Virus record (IMG/VR): IMGVR_UViG_3300032138_000680
Span: 1 to 64,000 of that record
Reading direction: 5' to 3' (one strand)
DNA: 64,000 nt
Source: a virus
Lineage: Duplodnaviria > Caudoviricetes
Part shown: positions 1 through 9,545 of the stretch, piece by piece
Layout of the letters: each line of letters opens with the position of its first letter
Numbering within the stretch: position 1 is the stretch's first letter
Position numbers and translations under genes: made by a program
The notes under the pieces: generated by a model
Databases searched by the model: none
What the model saw: the letters and a program-made list of their open reading frames with translations, nothing else
Told to the model about the DNA's origin: nothing

Positions 1-539
1 ATGTATTCATCTTCTTGTGGTTTTAATCCAAGTCGTTGAGTCATTGCACTATACCAAAGACCAAGTGATTTTGGATATTTTAAACTATATCGTTTCTCAA
101 AATGACTTCCCCACGCATACCAAATACTACACGTCTCAAACTCACCTATTGCATCTATAACTACGATAGCTGATTCTTCATATGGACTCGTAAAGTAACC
201 TGCTGCAGCATGAGATTGATGATGTTGGACATATTCTATTTCTGCATTACCAACGAAATCCCTTAAATAATAAGATGGTAAATTCTTACGAGCAAATACT
301 TCTCCATATTGACCTGCTCTCAATTGTCTTAACTTTTTTAGATACGGTCTTTCAAAATAAACCACTTTATCTGGTTTACCGCCTTGTCTATAACAATCTG
401 CAAACAGTGCACTATTTAACTCAGAATCGTTCTTGATTCCACTATATCTCTCACTATGACCAGCAAACAAAATCTCACCATCTTCTATGAGTGTGATGGC
501 GGCGTCGTGGTTTAATGCGTTAATTCCTAATATTTTCAT
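1..539 (-). CDS. Carbamoyltransferase (NodU/CmcH family), N-terminal part, truncated by window edge
   Basis: Not in ORF track. Manual translation from ATG at 539: MKILGINALNHDAAITLIEDGEILFAGHSERYSGIKND...VQHHQSHAAAGYFTSPYEESAIVVIDAIGE...SLGLWYSAMTQRLG, with the HD, ER, HHxxH and SLG motifs of this family. Confidence 0.9.
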   Translation of the reverse strand, partial: MKILGINALNHDAAITLIEDGEILFAGHSERYSGIKNDSELNSALFADCYRQGGKPDKVVYFERPYLKKLRQLRAGQYGEVFARKNLPSYYLRDFVGNAEIEYVQHHQSHAAAGYFTSPYEESAIVVIDAIGEFETCSIWYAWGSHFEKRYSLKYPKSLGLWYSAMTQRLGLKPQEDEY

Positions 540-640
540 TTGTAAATAAACGGATCTCGTTTTCTTAACTCTTTAATTTTTCTTTTATATTTAATATGTA
601 ATTTTAACCTCAAATATAAATTTTTAATCCATTTTATCAT
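536..640 (-). CDS. Small basic 34-aa protein coupled to the carbamoyltransferase
   Basis: Manual translation MIKWIKNLYLRLKLHIKYKRKIKELRKRDPFIYK*. Its TGA overlaps the carbamoyltransferase ATG (ATGA) and it fills the gap between genes. Confidence 0.65.
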   Translation of the reverse strand: MIKWIKNLYLRLKLHIKYKRKIKELRKRDPFIYK

Positions 641-1442
641 ATTTAATCTCCTTTAAATATTCATATAAATACTCTGATATTTTTTTGTGTCCAAAATAAC
701 CTGGATGGTAATCATCGTATCCAGTTATATGTTCGAAATCTCCCCCTAAATGTAAATTATTATCGTTCCAGTACCATTTTACTATACAATCCCCACCATC
801 CCATTTAATTATTTTATCTTCTATATCTAAACTTTTAAAAATTTGTGGATAATATTCACTATACTCATCAGTAATTGATTGATTAATAATTAAAAAATTT
901 ATATTAATTGATTTCATATAACTAATCAATCCAACAAATGATAAAAATTCTTTTTTAAAATGTGTTTCTTGATCAACAAAATTTGTAAAATAACTTTGTA
1001 ATTCCTTAAATATTTTTTTATTGTCTCCTTTTGGTTCTGTTTGATCTCCAATATCTTGTACATTACCAAGTGTTATATTAAATAATCTATCATGTTTAAC
1101 TGAAAATAACTCATCTCTCCAACCAGACGGAAATTCTAAAATAAACAATGTATTATCTATATCATTCTTTTCTATGTATTCGTATGTCATTCTGATAACT
1201 CTATTTATCGAACCACCATGTCTACTTTCATCTACTAAATCCACACCTAAAAGATTAGATAATCTATACGGCCAATTAACTAACCTATTTACTTCAGATT
1301 CCATTACATCGTCTGAATCTCCTTCTGCCCACTTTTCTATTTTATAATGTTCATGATATAAATCAATTATACTTTTTCTATTTAATGGCCATCCCGATGT
1401 TATACTACTACCATTTATATAAAGTTTTTTTACATTTAACAT
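624..1442 (-). CDS. SGNH/GDSL-like protein (putative acyltransferase/esterase)
   Basis: LYINGSSITSG block I, GGS block II, C-terminal DYHPGYFGH (DxHP). Confidence 0.6.
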   Translation of the reverse strand: MLNVKKLYINGSSITSGWPLNRKSIIDLYHEHYKIEKWAEGDSDDVMESEVNRLVNWPYRLSNLLGVDLVDESRHGGSINRVIRMTYEYIEKNDIDNTLFILEFPSGWRDELFSVKHDRLFNITLGNVQDIGDQTEPKGDNKKIFKELQSYFTNFVDQETHFKKEFLSFVGLISYMKSININFLIINQSITDEYSEYYPQIFKSLDIEDKIIKWDGGDCIVKWYWNDNNLHLGGDFEHITGYDDYHPGYFGHKKISEYLYEYLKEIKYDKMD

Positions 1443-2683
1443 TACATTCCTATTTCTTCTGATACTTCCTCTAATGAATCAGGGGTTATACTAACAAAAT
1501 TATCCTCAAATAAAAACTCCGCTAACTCCTTCATTCGTATATCATTTTTTTCCATATATGTATTTATAAGATTTTGATTTTTTATTAACCTATCTATACT
1601 TTCTTGATAAATTTTATAAAAATCTAAAGTAGATAAACGTTTCAGTTCTTTTGCAATTATATTTGATTTTTTAGCTAAATTATCATAATCATTCAGTTCC
1701 GTTTTAACTAAATCATAAGAATGATCAATTATATCATCAAACATATCAAAACCATAATCCCTAAAATACTGAATAATTCCAGGATATCCAAAAATAAGTG
1801 GAAATTGTAAAGATAAAAATGATTTATGTGGTTTCTCTGTAATAAAAAAATTATCCGATCCATACTCAGATTCAGTTACTAAATCAATATAACATTGATC
1901 TGATATTCCTGGATGTAAGGAATATCTTATTCCATCACCCGTTGAACTATCACTATCAAGTACTGAATCTACATTATATTCTTTACATTTAATTTTTTTC
2001 TCATTTTCATCTTCTGTAATCCATTCTGCAGAATTACTTGAAACTAATCCAACATCTAATAAACCGTGTTCCTCAAGTGCAGTAACCATGAAAATTCTAT
2101 GTTCTCTCATTATATTATTTAAACATTGAAATAATTTTGGTTTAGGTTTATCTAATGGTAGTGTACCTGTAAGATTTACATCTCCTACTTTAGCCGTATT
2201 TCTCATATGTAACGGTCTATGAAATGTATTATTATGGTAAGATGTAAAAAATGTAGCTGGAAAATCGCTTTCGAAAACTTTATAATCTTTAATATCTACA
2301 TTCCATTTTCTATCCATCAAACTGCATATAATTTTATCTTCACATTCAATATTGTTTTCCTCAATATATCTATCATACTCTGGATGTTCCTCTATAGATA
2401 CCCACTCTCCCATCATATCTACAACAAACTTTTTACATCTTATCGTTTCTTTATTTTTATCATTTGATTGGCCATGCATATCATATCCATGTACCAAAAA
2501 TATATCAAATATCTCATCATATTTTTTATTATTCTCAAACTCTATAACTTCGTAATTATCAAGATTTAATCCAAGACCACCATTGGAATCCAAAATAATA
2601 GAGCACGCCTCAATATTAGGTGATATTATTTTTATCTTTTTATTTATATTAGTTCTATACATAAAATCCTTCCTTAAATTCAT
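1442..2683 (-). CDS. Putative glycosyltransferase, GT10-like 'TEK' family
   Basis: C-terminal IDLVTES...FITEKPHK...FPLIFG...GFDMFDDIIDHSYD, shared with five other ORFs here. Confidence 0.5.
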   Translation of the reverse strand: MNLRKDFMYRTNINKKIKIISPNIEACSIILDSNGGLGLNLDNYEVIEFENNKKYDEIFDIFLVHGYDMHGQSNDKNKETIRCKKFVVDMMGEWVSIEEHPEYDRYIEENNIECEDKIICSLMDRKWNVDIKDYKVFESDFPATFFTSYHNNTFHRPLHMRNTAKVGDVNLTGTLPLDKPKPKLFQCLNNIMREHRIFMVTALEEHGLLDVGLVSSNSAEWITEDENEKKIKCKEYNVDSVLDSDSSTGDGIRYSLHPGISDQCYIDLVTESEYGSDNFFITEKPHKSFLSLQFPLIFGYPGIIQYFRDYGFDMFDDIIDHSYDLVKTELNDYDNLAKKSNIIAKELKRLSTLDFYKIYQESIDRLIKNQNLINTYMEKNDIRMKELAEFLFEDNFVSITPDSLEEVSEEIGM

Positions 2684-3686
2684 TAAATATTATATTTTCT
2701 ATATCTTTATTTGTACTCACACTAAATACTAAACTATTATCATCTACCAAACCAACAACTATTTTTTTATCATACAAATTATTATAAGTCTTTTTAACCA
2801 ACTCTTTATCCCCTGAATATAATCTTAAAACATAACTCTTAGAATTATAAACTTTAAATTTTTTACTATTTAACAATTTTTTATACCATCTATTCTTAGT
2901 ATCTAAAATACTTTTCTTTAAATCACTAACATAATCTTGATGGTCAATAATAAACTCTATGAATTTGGCTGCAAAATAATCTATTTCATATGCTGGTCTT
3001 GTTGATTCAATTTTCTCTTTCAAGTCTTTATTGGTAACTAACCAACCAACTCTTAATGATGCAAATGCTATTTTAGAAAAACTCGAAGATACTATTAAAT
3101 TTTTATGTTTATGTAACTTAGGTAAATAACTATCAATGCCCCATCCAATATAAACTTCATCAAGAAAAACTTTAACTCCAAAAAAATTACAATATGTTAT
3201 AATAGTATCTAACTCTTGATGTGTAAAATGACTTGGTAAATGTGATTTTGGATTATCTAAAAATAATACTTTTATATTAGGAACTATTTCTTTAATTTGT
3301 TCTACTGTAATTTTATAATCTGGTTTTTTTCCTTTAACTTCTATAACATCAATACCATAAACTTCTGCATAAACATGATACATTGCACAGGTCGGTGTTA
3401 ATATCCCAACTGAATCACCTTTGTCTACTAATGTTTCAAATACTTGTTTAAATGCACCTTCTACTCCTCTTGTAATTAACAACTTATCTTGTGAAACTCT
3501 CAAAAAATTACTTAATACTTTATATGGTTTCCACATATCTGGATAAGAATGTAAATCATCTTTCTTAAAATACTCCAAAAGAGACTTATATATGTGTTCT
3601 GGATGTTCATCCATTATCATATTTCTATTAAAATAAATATAATCATCCTCAAACTTCAATCTTTTTCTTTCAATTATATTAACCAT
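2655..3686 (-). CDS. PLP-dependent aminotransferase class I/II (HisC-like)
   Basis: YPD, ITRGVEGA, LDNP, FLDEVY, SSFSKIAFASLRVGW motifs. Confidence 0.85.
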   Translation of the reverse strand: MVNIIERKRLKFEDDYIYFNRNMIMDEHPEHIYKSLLEYFKKDDLHSYPDMWKPYKVLSNFLRVSQDKLLITRGVEGAFKQVFETLVDKGDSVGILTPTCAMYHVYAEVYGIDVIEVKGKKPDYKITVEQIKEIVPNIKVLFLDNPKSHLPSHFTHQELDTIITYCNFFGVKVFLDEVYIGWGIDSYLPKLHKHKNLIVSSSFSKIAFASLRVGWLVTNKDLKEKIESTRPAYEIDYFAAKFIEFIIDHQDYVSDLKKSILDTKNRWYKKLLNSKKFKVYNSKSYVLRLYSGDKELVKKTYNNLYDKKIVVGLVDDNSLVFSVSTNKDIENIIFNEFKEGFYV

Positions 3687-4530
3687 ATTGCTTCCATTCT
3701 AAATAATGACTGTAGCCATGTATAATTCCACTCGCGTCACATTTATTGCAGGGTGATTTACTTCTATCACCACTACCTAACAATTTTCTATATTTATCCA
3801 TCTGTTTAGATTCCCACATATCCCACAATGATTTATCCTTTACATTTCCAAATGTCCGTGTTTTTCCATAAATGTCTTGAATACAAAATAACACATCTCC
3901 ATTCCAATCTATTTGCATAGAATAGTGCATATAAAAACATTCTTTTCCAACTCCCATTGTTTTATTCCAACTGAAAGTTCCTGCTCTATTAGTTAATATG
4001 AGACCATATTCTTCATCTTCTTTGTACCACCTATCTCTCAAAACATATTGAGATTTATCAATTTCACTATCATCGAAAAGTCTCGTAAAGTATTCAATTT
4101 GTTCTGGTCCATCATACATACTAACAACCATATAATCAAGATTAGATTCATATAATCTTTTAATTAAATCAATAGTTAAAAAATCTCCATTGGTTGTTAT
4201 TTCTACATGAATCTTATCACCTAAAGCACCAACCAAACCAACTATATCTTTATGTAATAGTGGTTCACCATTTCCACATATATTTATAGAACCATTCCAA
4301 TTTAATTTTTCAAGTTCTTCTCGTATCTTATTTACAATATCAATATCCATATGTAAATTTTTATTTGGATATATTTTAGGATCAAATCTTGGACAAAATT
4401 CACAAGTTCTATTACAAAGTTCGGTTGGATTTATATCAATAAAACTAAATAAAGGTTTACCATCATGTAACACTACATCATCAACAAAAGAACTCTTTCT
4501 TTGTATATTAAATTGTGTTGATTGATTCAT
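3679..4530 (-). CDS. Radical SAM protein with C-terminal SPASM/Twitch domain
   Basis: CNRTCEFC, GNGEPLLH, then C...IDWNGDVLFC...FGNV...PCNKC. Confidence 0.9.
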   Translation of the reverse strand: MNQSTQFNIQRKSSFVDDVVLHDGKPLFSFIDINPTELCNRTCEFCPRFDPKIYPNKNLHMDIDIVNKIREELEKLNWNGSINICGNGEPLLHKDIVGLVGALGDKIHVEITTNGDFLTIDLIKRLYESNLDYMVVSMYDGPEQIEYFTRLFDDSEIDKSQYVLRDRWYKEDEEYGLILTNRAGTFSWNKTMGVGKECFYMHYSMQIDWNGDVLFCIQDIYGKTRTFGNVKDKSLWDMWESKQMDKYRKLLGSGDRSKSPCNKCDASGIIHGYSHYLEWKQYG

Positions 4531-5452
4531 AATTTATCCATTTCCCAACACTTTTTCCATCTTTATAAGTTCCAAGTATCCATATTGCACCATCATAATA
4601 CCACCGTTTGTACTCCCCGTCCCTAATTCCATTTTTATAATTTATTTCTTCGAATTTCTGTCTATGCTCATAACTGTCATTTTCATTATACCAAATAGTC
4701 CATAATCCGTTTTTTTGATCATCTTTATATTCTCCTTTCATATATTCTCTCCCAAACCTATACCAAGAAGTCCATACTCCTTCTCGTTTTCCATCCTGAT
4801 AAAAACCCTCTGTCCTTTTTGCTTCAAAGTCATTAGGTATAATGTGACCATTCCATACTCTATCCCACCATTCGATCCACTTTCCAGTTCCATCTTTAAC
4901 CAATATATTACCAGACCTATTCCAACTATCAAATGTAACTCTCTTACCCATTTTATAAGTTTCTTTTAATTTCATCTGTCCGTTTTCATACCAATGAGTT
5001 TCTAATCCATGCCTTTTAGCTTCTATAAAATATTGTTCTACTCGTTTATTTCCATTTTCATACCAATAAGTATTTAATCCATCTTCTTCCCCATTCTTGT
5101 AATTCATCTCTCTGTGTTTTTTACCATCAGGATTCCACCGAGTCCATTTCCCATGTATCTTTCCATCTTTCCAACTAACTTGTCGTTTTAATTGACCAGA
5201 GGGAAACCAACCTTTTGATACTCCATCCTTTTTTCCATCTTTGTAATTCCATTCATATCTTGGACCATAACCTTCATCTTGAAAAGAAAGTCCATTATTT
5301 TTTGTCCAATATGCTTTAAATTGGCCATTCTCTGGATGATTTTCCTTTAACCATTCGAAAGCTTCTACAAAATTACCACTGGCAAGGTCCTCTGATGTAA
5401 TTTCAGAATCTTCTTTACATACGCTCACATCTCTTATATCTATAAATGACAA
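4508..5452 (-). CDS. MORN_2/YwqK-like repeat protein
   Basis: Tandem YKDGKKDGxxxxWYENG-type repeats; TTG start. Confidence 0.8.
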   Translation of the reverse strand: MSFIDIRDVSVCKEDSEITSEDLASGNFVEAFEWLKENHPENGQFKAYWTKNNGLSFQDEGYGPRYEWNYKDGKKDGVSKGWFPSGQLKRQVSWKDGKIHGKWTRWNPDGKKHREMNYKNGEEDGLNTYWYENGNKRVEQYFIEAKRHGLETHWYENGQMKLKETYKMGKRVTFDSWNRSGNILVKDGTGKWIEWWDRVWNGHIIPNDFEAKRTEGFYQDGKREGVWTSWYRFGREYMKGEYKDDQKNGLWTIWYNENDSYEHRQKFEEINYKNGIRDGEYKRWYYDGAIWILGTYKDGKSVGKWINYESINTI

Positions 5453-5455
5453 ATT

Positions 5456-6121
5456 TTATCTCCTATATTTATTGTATAGAAATTCTGCAAATTCAAAATC
5501 TAAATCTGTATCAATATCAATTGACTCAATTTCATCTATTTCATGAAATACTGGATTCTTCCCAACAACACTCCTAAACTTAACCATATTTTTCTTTGAA
5601 ATCATTGATATTCCAAATGTTAAATACACTATATCTGGTAAATTTTGAGTAACTGGTACATCTGATAAATCATAATTTAATGGTTTACCATCTAACCATA
5701 AATAATGTTTCACAAAATTAACAGTATTTAAGCTATCATGTTCATCTCTAATTAACATAAATCTATTAATAAAATCATAATAAGTTTTAATTGTAATTAA
5801 TGGTGCAGTACAAGGTGAATGTATAATATAATCAGACTCAGTAGTTTCTGCTAAATTAGTCCAATGTTCAGTATTAGTACACTCTGAACTCGCATAATAT
5901 GGTTCTCTAAGATACCAATTAACATCACATTCTTTGGCGATTTCTATAGCCAATTCTGAATCTGTATTAACTACTATATCATCTATTATATCTATCTGTT
6001 TTAAAGCTTCCAATTTTAATTTTAATAAATTACTATTTGCAAATAATTTAAAATTTTTATCTTTAACTCTTTGAGAACCTTTTCTAATTGGTACAACGGC
6101 AGTTATCTTTTCTCTATTCAT
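5456..6121 (-). CDS. neuA: Acylneuraminate cytidylyltransferase (CMP-Neu5Ac synthetase-like)
   Basis: AVVPIRKGSQRVKDKN, VVNTDS, TAPL, TQNLP, IDIDTDLDF. Confidence 0.8.
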   Translation of the reverse strand: MNREKITAVVPIRKGSQRVKDKNFKLFANSNLLKLKLEALKQIDIIDDIVVNTDSELAIEIAKECDVNWYLREPYYASSECTNTEHWTNLAETTESDYIIHSPCTAPLITIKTYYDFINRFMLIRDEHDSLNTVNFVKHYLWLDGKPLNYDLSDVPVTQNLPDIVYLTFGISMISKKNMVKFRSVVGKNPVFHEIDEIESIDIDTDLDFEFAEFLYNKYRR

Positions 6122-6122
6122 A

Positions 6123-6842
6123 TTATTTAAACAAATTTTTAAAATCTTTTAATACTACTTCAGGAGGTTCAATTTGCTCAAAAAGCATACTATTCACCAA
6201 TATTCCGTCCACTCCCACTTCAAGTGCCTGTTTAGCATCATCTAATGAACCAATTCCTCCGTCAATAATTACGGGTACACCAAGTTCACAAATTTTAGCA
6301 AGTGTTTTTATATCTTTAATTCCTTCACCCGTACCTATACCACTTCCCATTACTCTTAATAACTTACATCCGACATCAATTAACTTTTTGGCTGTTAATA
6401 AATCGTTCTCAAGTAAAGGATACACGTTTAATGAAGAATTCCACCTAATAATATCTCTGGCCGCGACAACGATTTCATTTTGATTTGAATGTTTATAATC
6501 TCCGCCCAAAACTTCTAACTTAATTAATCTTTCACCTGACATATCGTATGCCAATTTAGTTTTTTCATATGCCAATTTCGCAGATGTTTGTAAATTTATG
6601 TTTAACATTTTATGTAGTTTGGAAATATCAATTTTTTCTGTTAAACTATCCAAAGAAATTCCACCGTACCCAATTTCTAAATATTCTTTATGTCCCTCTT
6701 TAAGTCTATGAGTATTAATTGCCAAAACATTAGTTTCAGATTCCTTCAACATATTAATAATTGTCTCCAATGATGCCAAATGATGAACATTACCAAAACA
6801 ATGCCATAATTGAGTATACTTTAAGCCATCAACTTTTATCAT
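6123..6842 (-). CDS. thiG: Thiazole synthase ThiG/BexX-like TIM-barrel protein
   Basis: IKLEVLG (Schiff-base Lys), MGSGIGTGEGI, VPVIIDGGIG...AKQALEVGVDGILVNS. The family call is good; function in thiamine synthesis is uncertain. Confidence 0.7.
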   Translation of the reverse strand: MIKVDGLKYTQLWHCFGNVHHLASLETIINMLKESETNVLAINTHRLKEGHKEYLEIGYGGISLDSLTEKIDISKLHKMLNINLQTSAKLAYEKTKLAYDMSGERLIKLEVLGGDYKHSNQNEIVVAARDIIRWNSSLNVYPLLENDLLTAKKLIDVGCKLLRVMGSGIGTGEGIKDIKTLAKICELGVPVIIDGGIGSLDDAKQALEVGVDGILVNSMLFEQIEPPEVVLKDFKNLFK

Positions 6843-8205
6843 TAAACTGTTCTATTATTTTTGTTTTATAGTTATTCCAAAATTCATCTTCTTTTTCTCC
6901 ATAATCATTCATTAAATTATAATTATGTTTCAAAATAGGAATCATTTTTACATACATATTATGTAATTCATCCAATGACATTGAATTCAATTGTAAAAAG
7001 ATATTATATACCTTCTCAAATCTAATATTGTGATTTTTTTCTAAATCATAACTTTCATCCCAAAAATCACTAAAAGTTTTAAATCCTAATTCTTTTAATT
7101 TTTTAACAGTTCCATAACTTCCCATGATAACAAACGGATGAAAATGACAAAATGGCTTAAATGATTTTTCAGTTACATAAGCATAGGGATCAAAAAATGC
7201 ACTTTCACTCACAAAACTAACATAACTATTTTTATAAACTTCTGGATACTCAAATCCAAATCCATTTATTTCATCAAAATTTTCATGATCAATAACATTT
7301 TTTTCCCTCTTTAATAATTTTTTAAAAATTTTTATATAATTACTTTTATCTATAAATAAATCTTGGTCCCATTCGTCATACGGTTCAAACTCACTATCTT
7401 TAGAATGAAGTTGATGTCTCTCCTCATTAAATTTAAAATTAAATGATATTAAATTACCATCAAATAACTTATCTCGTTCTACTGATAATAAAAATAACAT
7501 CCTATGTGGTTTAGTTATTCTTCTATTATAACATAATATTTTATTTTCCCGTTTTACAGTTAAAAAATCATCACCACTATTACCATAAAAATTATACTCC
7601 ATCAATTCCTTTGCTTTTCTCATCAATGGAAAATCACAAAATGCAAATTTTATTTTCTTTTTAATCTTTCTCTTTTTACAAATTGATTTATACCATACAT
7701 TAACGTGTCTATTACTGTACATACCACAAATTACCTTTTCAGGATTAATATTTTTTTCCTTTAAATGTTTATGTAATACAACAAAATCATTTTTATCTAT
7801 TGAACATTCATAAGGATTAACTATAAACAAAACAAAATTATCTATTGTATTAAGTTTATTCATAATATCTTTTGATAAATTTTTTATTAAAGAAAATTTT
7901 TCATATTCTTCTTCATCATCGATATCATATACAAGTCCCCTCGACAGAGTACTATAATGTTCTAAAACATAACAATAAAGAAAATCTGGGTTAAAAGAAT
8001 TTTCCGAAAGATAATAATCATTAACTTCACTTACTAACTTACTTTCAAATTTTTCTGAGATACCAGTATGAAATACTTGTGTATGTCTTTCACAATCTGC
8101 TGGACAAGTACATTCAAATCTCAAAATCTCAAAACCTATATTATGTAAATTTGGTATGTCTTTTTCATCATATAATAAAATGATATCTTTAAACTTTTTA
8201 TCCAT
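6829..8205 (-). CDS. Putative glycosyltransferase, GT10-like 'TEK' family
   Basis: YNRR...HR; SFVSES...YVTEKSFKPF...HPFVIMG...GFKTFSDFWDESYD. Confidence 0.5.
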   Translation of the reverse strand: MDKKFKDIILLYDEKDIPNLHNIGFEILRFECTCPADCERHTQVFHTGISEKFESKLVSEVNDYYLSENSFNPDFLYCYVLEHYSTLSRGLVYDIDDEEEYEKFSLIKNLSKDIMNKLNTIDNFVLFIVNPYECSIDKNDFVVLHKHLKEKNINPEKVICGMYSNRHVNVWYKSICKKRKIKKKIKFAFCDFPLMRKAKELMEYNFYGNSGDDFLTVKRENKILCYNRRITKPHRMLFLLSVERDKLFDGNLISFNFKFNEERHQLHSKDSEFEPYDEWDQDLFIDKSNYIKIFKKLLKREKNVIDHENFDEINGFGFEYPEVYKNSYVSFVSESAFFDPYAYVTEKSFKPFCHFHPFVIMGSYGTVKKLKELGFKTFSDFWDESYDLEKNHNIRFEKVYNIFLQLNSMSLDELHNMYVKMIPILKHNYNLMNDYGEKEDEFWNNYKTKIIEQFNDKS

Positions 8206-8728
8206 AATATTTCTCTGGATATTCAGCCAATATTATTGGTTTTCTGTTTTTATACGCATTAACATATGTTTCATATATATTTTCATGTGTATGAAAATTA
8301 ACAACCTCTACGTTATCTAAAATTGTACGATATACCTCACTATAATCTGCTTTATGTTGTACTCCTGGATCTAACGGTATATCACTGCCCTTTCCCACTC
8401 GTATAATCACATGAGCATCTTGATTTGTCATACCTCTAAATTTATCAAGGTGTGTAATTAATTGATTACTGGCACACATTAGAAAATCCCATCGTGGATA
8501 AAAACTAACAACACACATTCCTGTTATAGAGAGTCCAGTTGACATTCCCAATTGTACTTCTTCAAATACAGGGGTTTCTATCATTTTTTCTTTTGGAACT
8601 TCCTCAATCGTTGTTGACATTGGATTACCTTTGAAAACTATTTGCTGTCCTACAAATATTGTATTATCTTTAGATGCCAAATAGTTCATTGACCTTATTA
8701 ATTCATCTTTATAAATTGTATTTTCCAT
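8198..8728 (-). CDS. Transketolase/PDH E1-beta-like pyrimidine-binding subunit (no C-terminal domain)
   Basis: IFVGQ, IETPVFEEVQLGMSTGL, DFLMCASNQL, PGVQH. Confidence 0.8.
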   Translation of the reverse strand: MENTIYKDELIRSMNYLASKDNTIFVGQQIVFKGNPMSTTIEEVPKEKMIETPVFEEVQLGMSTGLSITGMCVVSFYPRWDFLMCASNQLITHLDKFRGMTNQDAHVIIRVGKGSDIPLDPGVQHKADYSEVYRTILDNVEVVNFHTHENIYETYVNAYKNRKPIILAEYPEKYYG

Positions 8729-8729
8729 T

Positions 8730-9545
8730 TTATTTATTCCTAATATACTTTACTACTTTAGATGCAACCCATTTATGACCTTCAGAATTTGCATGATCAT
8801 CTTTCCAATTATATTTATAATCTCCATTAAATGCCTTACAGGTTTCGTAAATATGTAACTTACTTTCAGACAAATATTCCTCTACAGAATCATATCCTAA
8901 ATCAACAAATTCATCTTTTAACTTATCATGTAACAGTCCTTCGGGTTTATCAGCCACATCCATTGCTGTAAACCAAGGTAGTAACACAAAAGTTACATTT
9001 TTATATTTATTTTTCAATTCAAAATATTTTTTTATTGCGATAGATGAATATGTATAAAAATCCGTCTCGTCTAGCCATTCCAATGCTTTTATTCTATCCT
9101 GATAATCCTCATTAGAATTTTCAATAAAATTAACTACTTCCCTGATAGTATTTGGGTATTTTTTTTCATCTTTTCCATGTAATTCTTTATCCCACCATCG
9201 AATATATCCTTTAGATTCTAAAACAACATACTTTACATCCTGCAAATACTTACCTAATTCCTCATCTGAATGCAAAAAATATAAAGTTTCTATTCCATCT
9301 GCACCAATTGGGATATCTTCGTTATCATGAATATTAAACTCTATCATATTAAGTTCATCACAAACTAATTTTGGCCAGCGATATTTTTTCCAATATTTTT
9401 TATTTTTTGATGATCGTGGTAAAGGTAATATTATACCATTTTCTTTTAACCATTCATCATCATTGTATTTAGGCCTAAACTCTATTTCCAGCCCAAGTCC
9501 AAAAGTATGTGATGTACCACTAAATAATATTTTATTTCTTTTCAT
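8730..9545 (-). CDS. SGNH/GDSL-like protein
   Basis: ILFSGTSHTFG...RWPKLV...DDHANSEGHKWVA. Confidence 0.55.
   Translation of the reverse strand: MKRNKILFSGTSHTFGLGLEIEFRPKYNDDEWLKENGIILPLPRSSKNKKYWKKYRWPKLVCDELNMIEFNIHDNEDIPIGADGIETLYFLHSDEELGKYLQDVKYVVLESKGYIRWWDKELHGKDEKKYPNTIREVVNFIENSNEDYQDRIKALEWLDETDFYTYSSIAIKKYFELKNKYKNVTFVLLPWFTAMDVADKPEGLLHDKLKDEFVDLGYDSVEEYLSESKLHIYETCKAFNGDYKYNWKDDHANSEGHKWVASKVVKYIRNK

Noticed and set aside
4508-5452. Toxin-antitoxin system (YwqK-like antitoxin)
   Set aside because: Only generic MORN-like repeats are seen, with no adjacent toxin.
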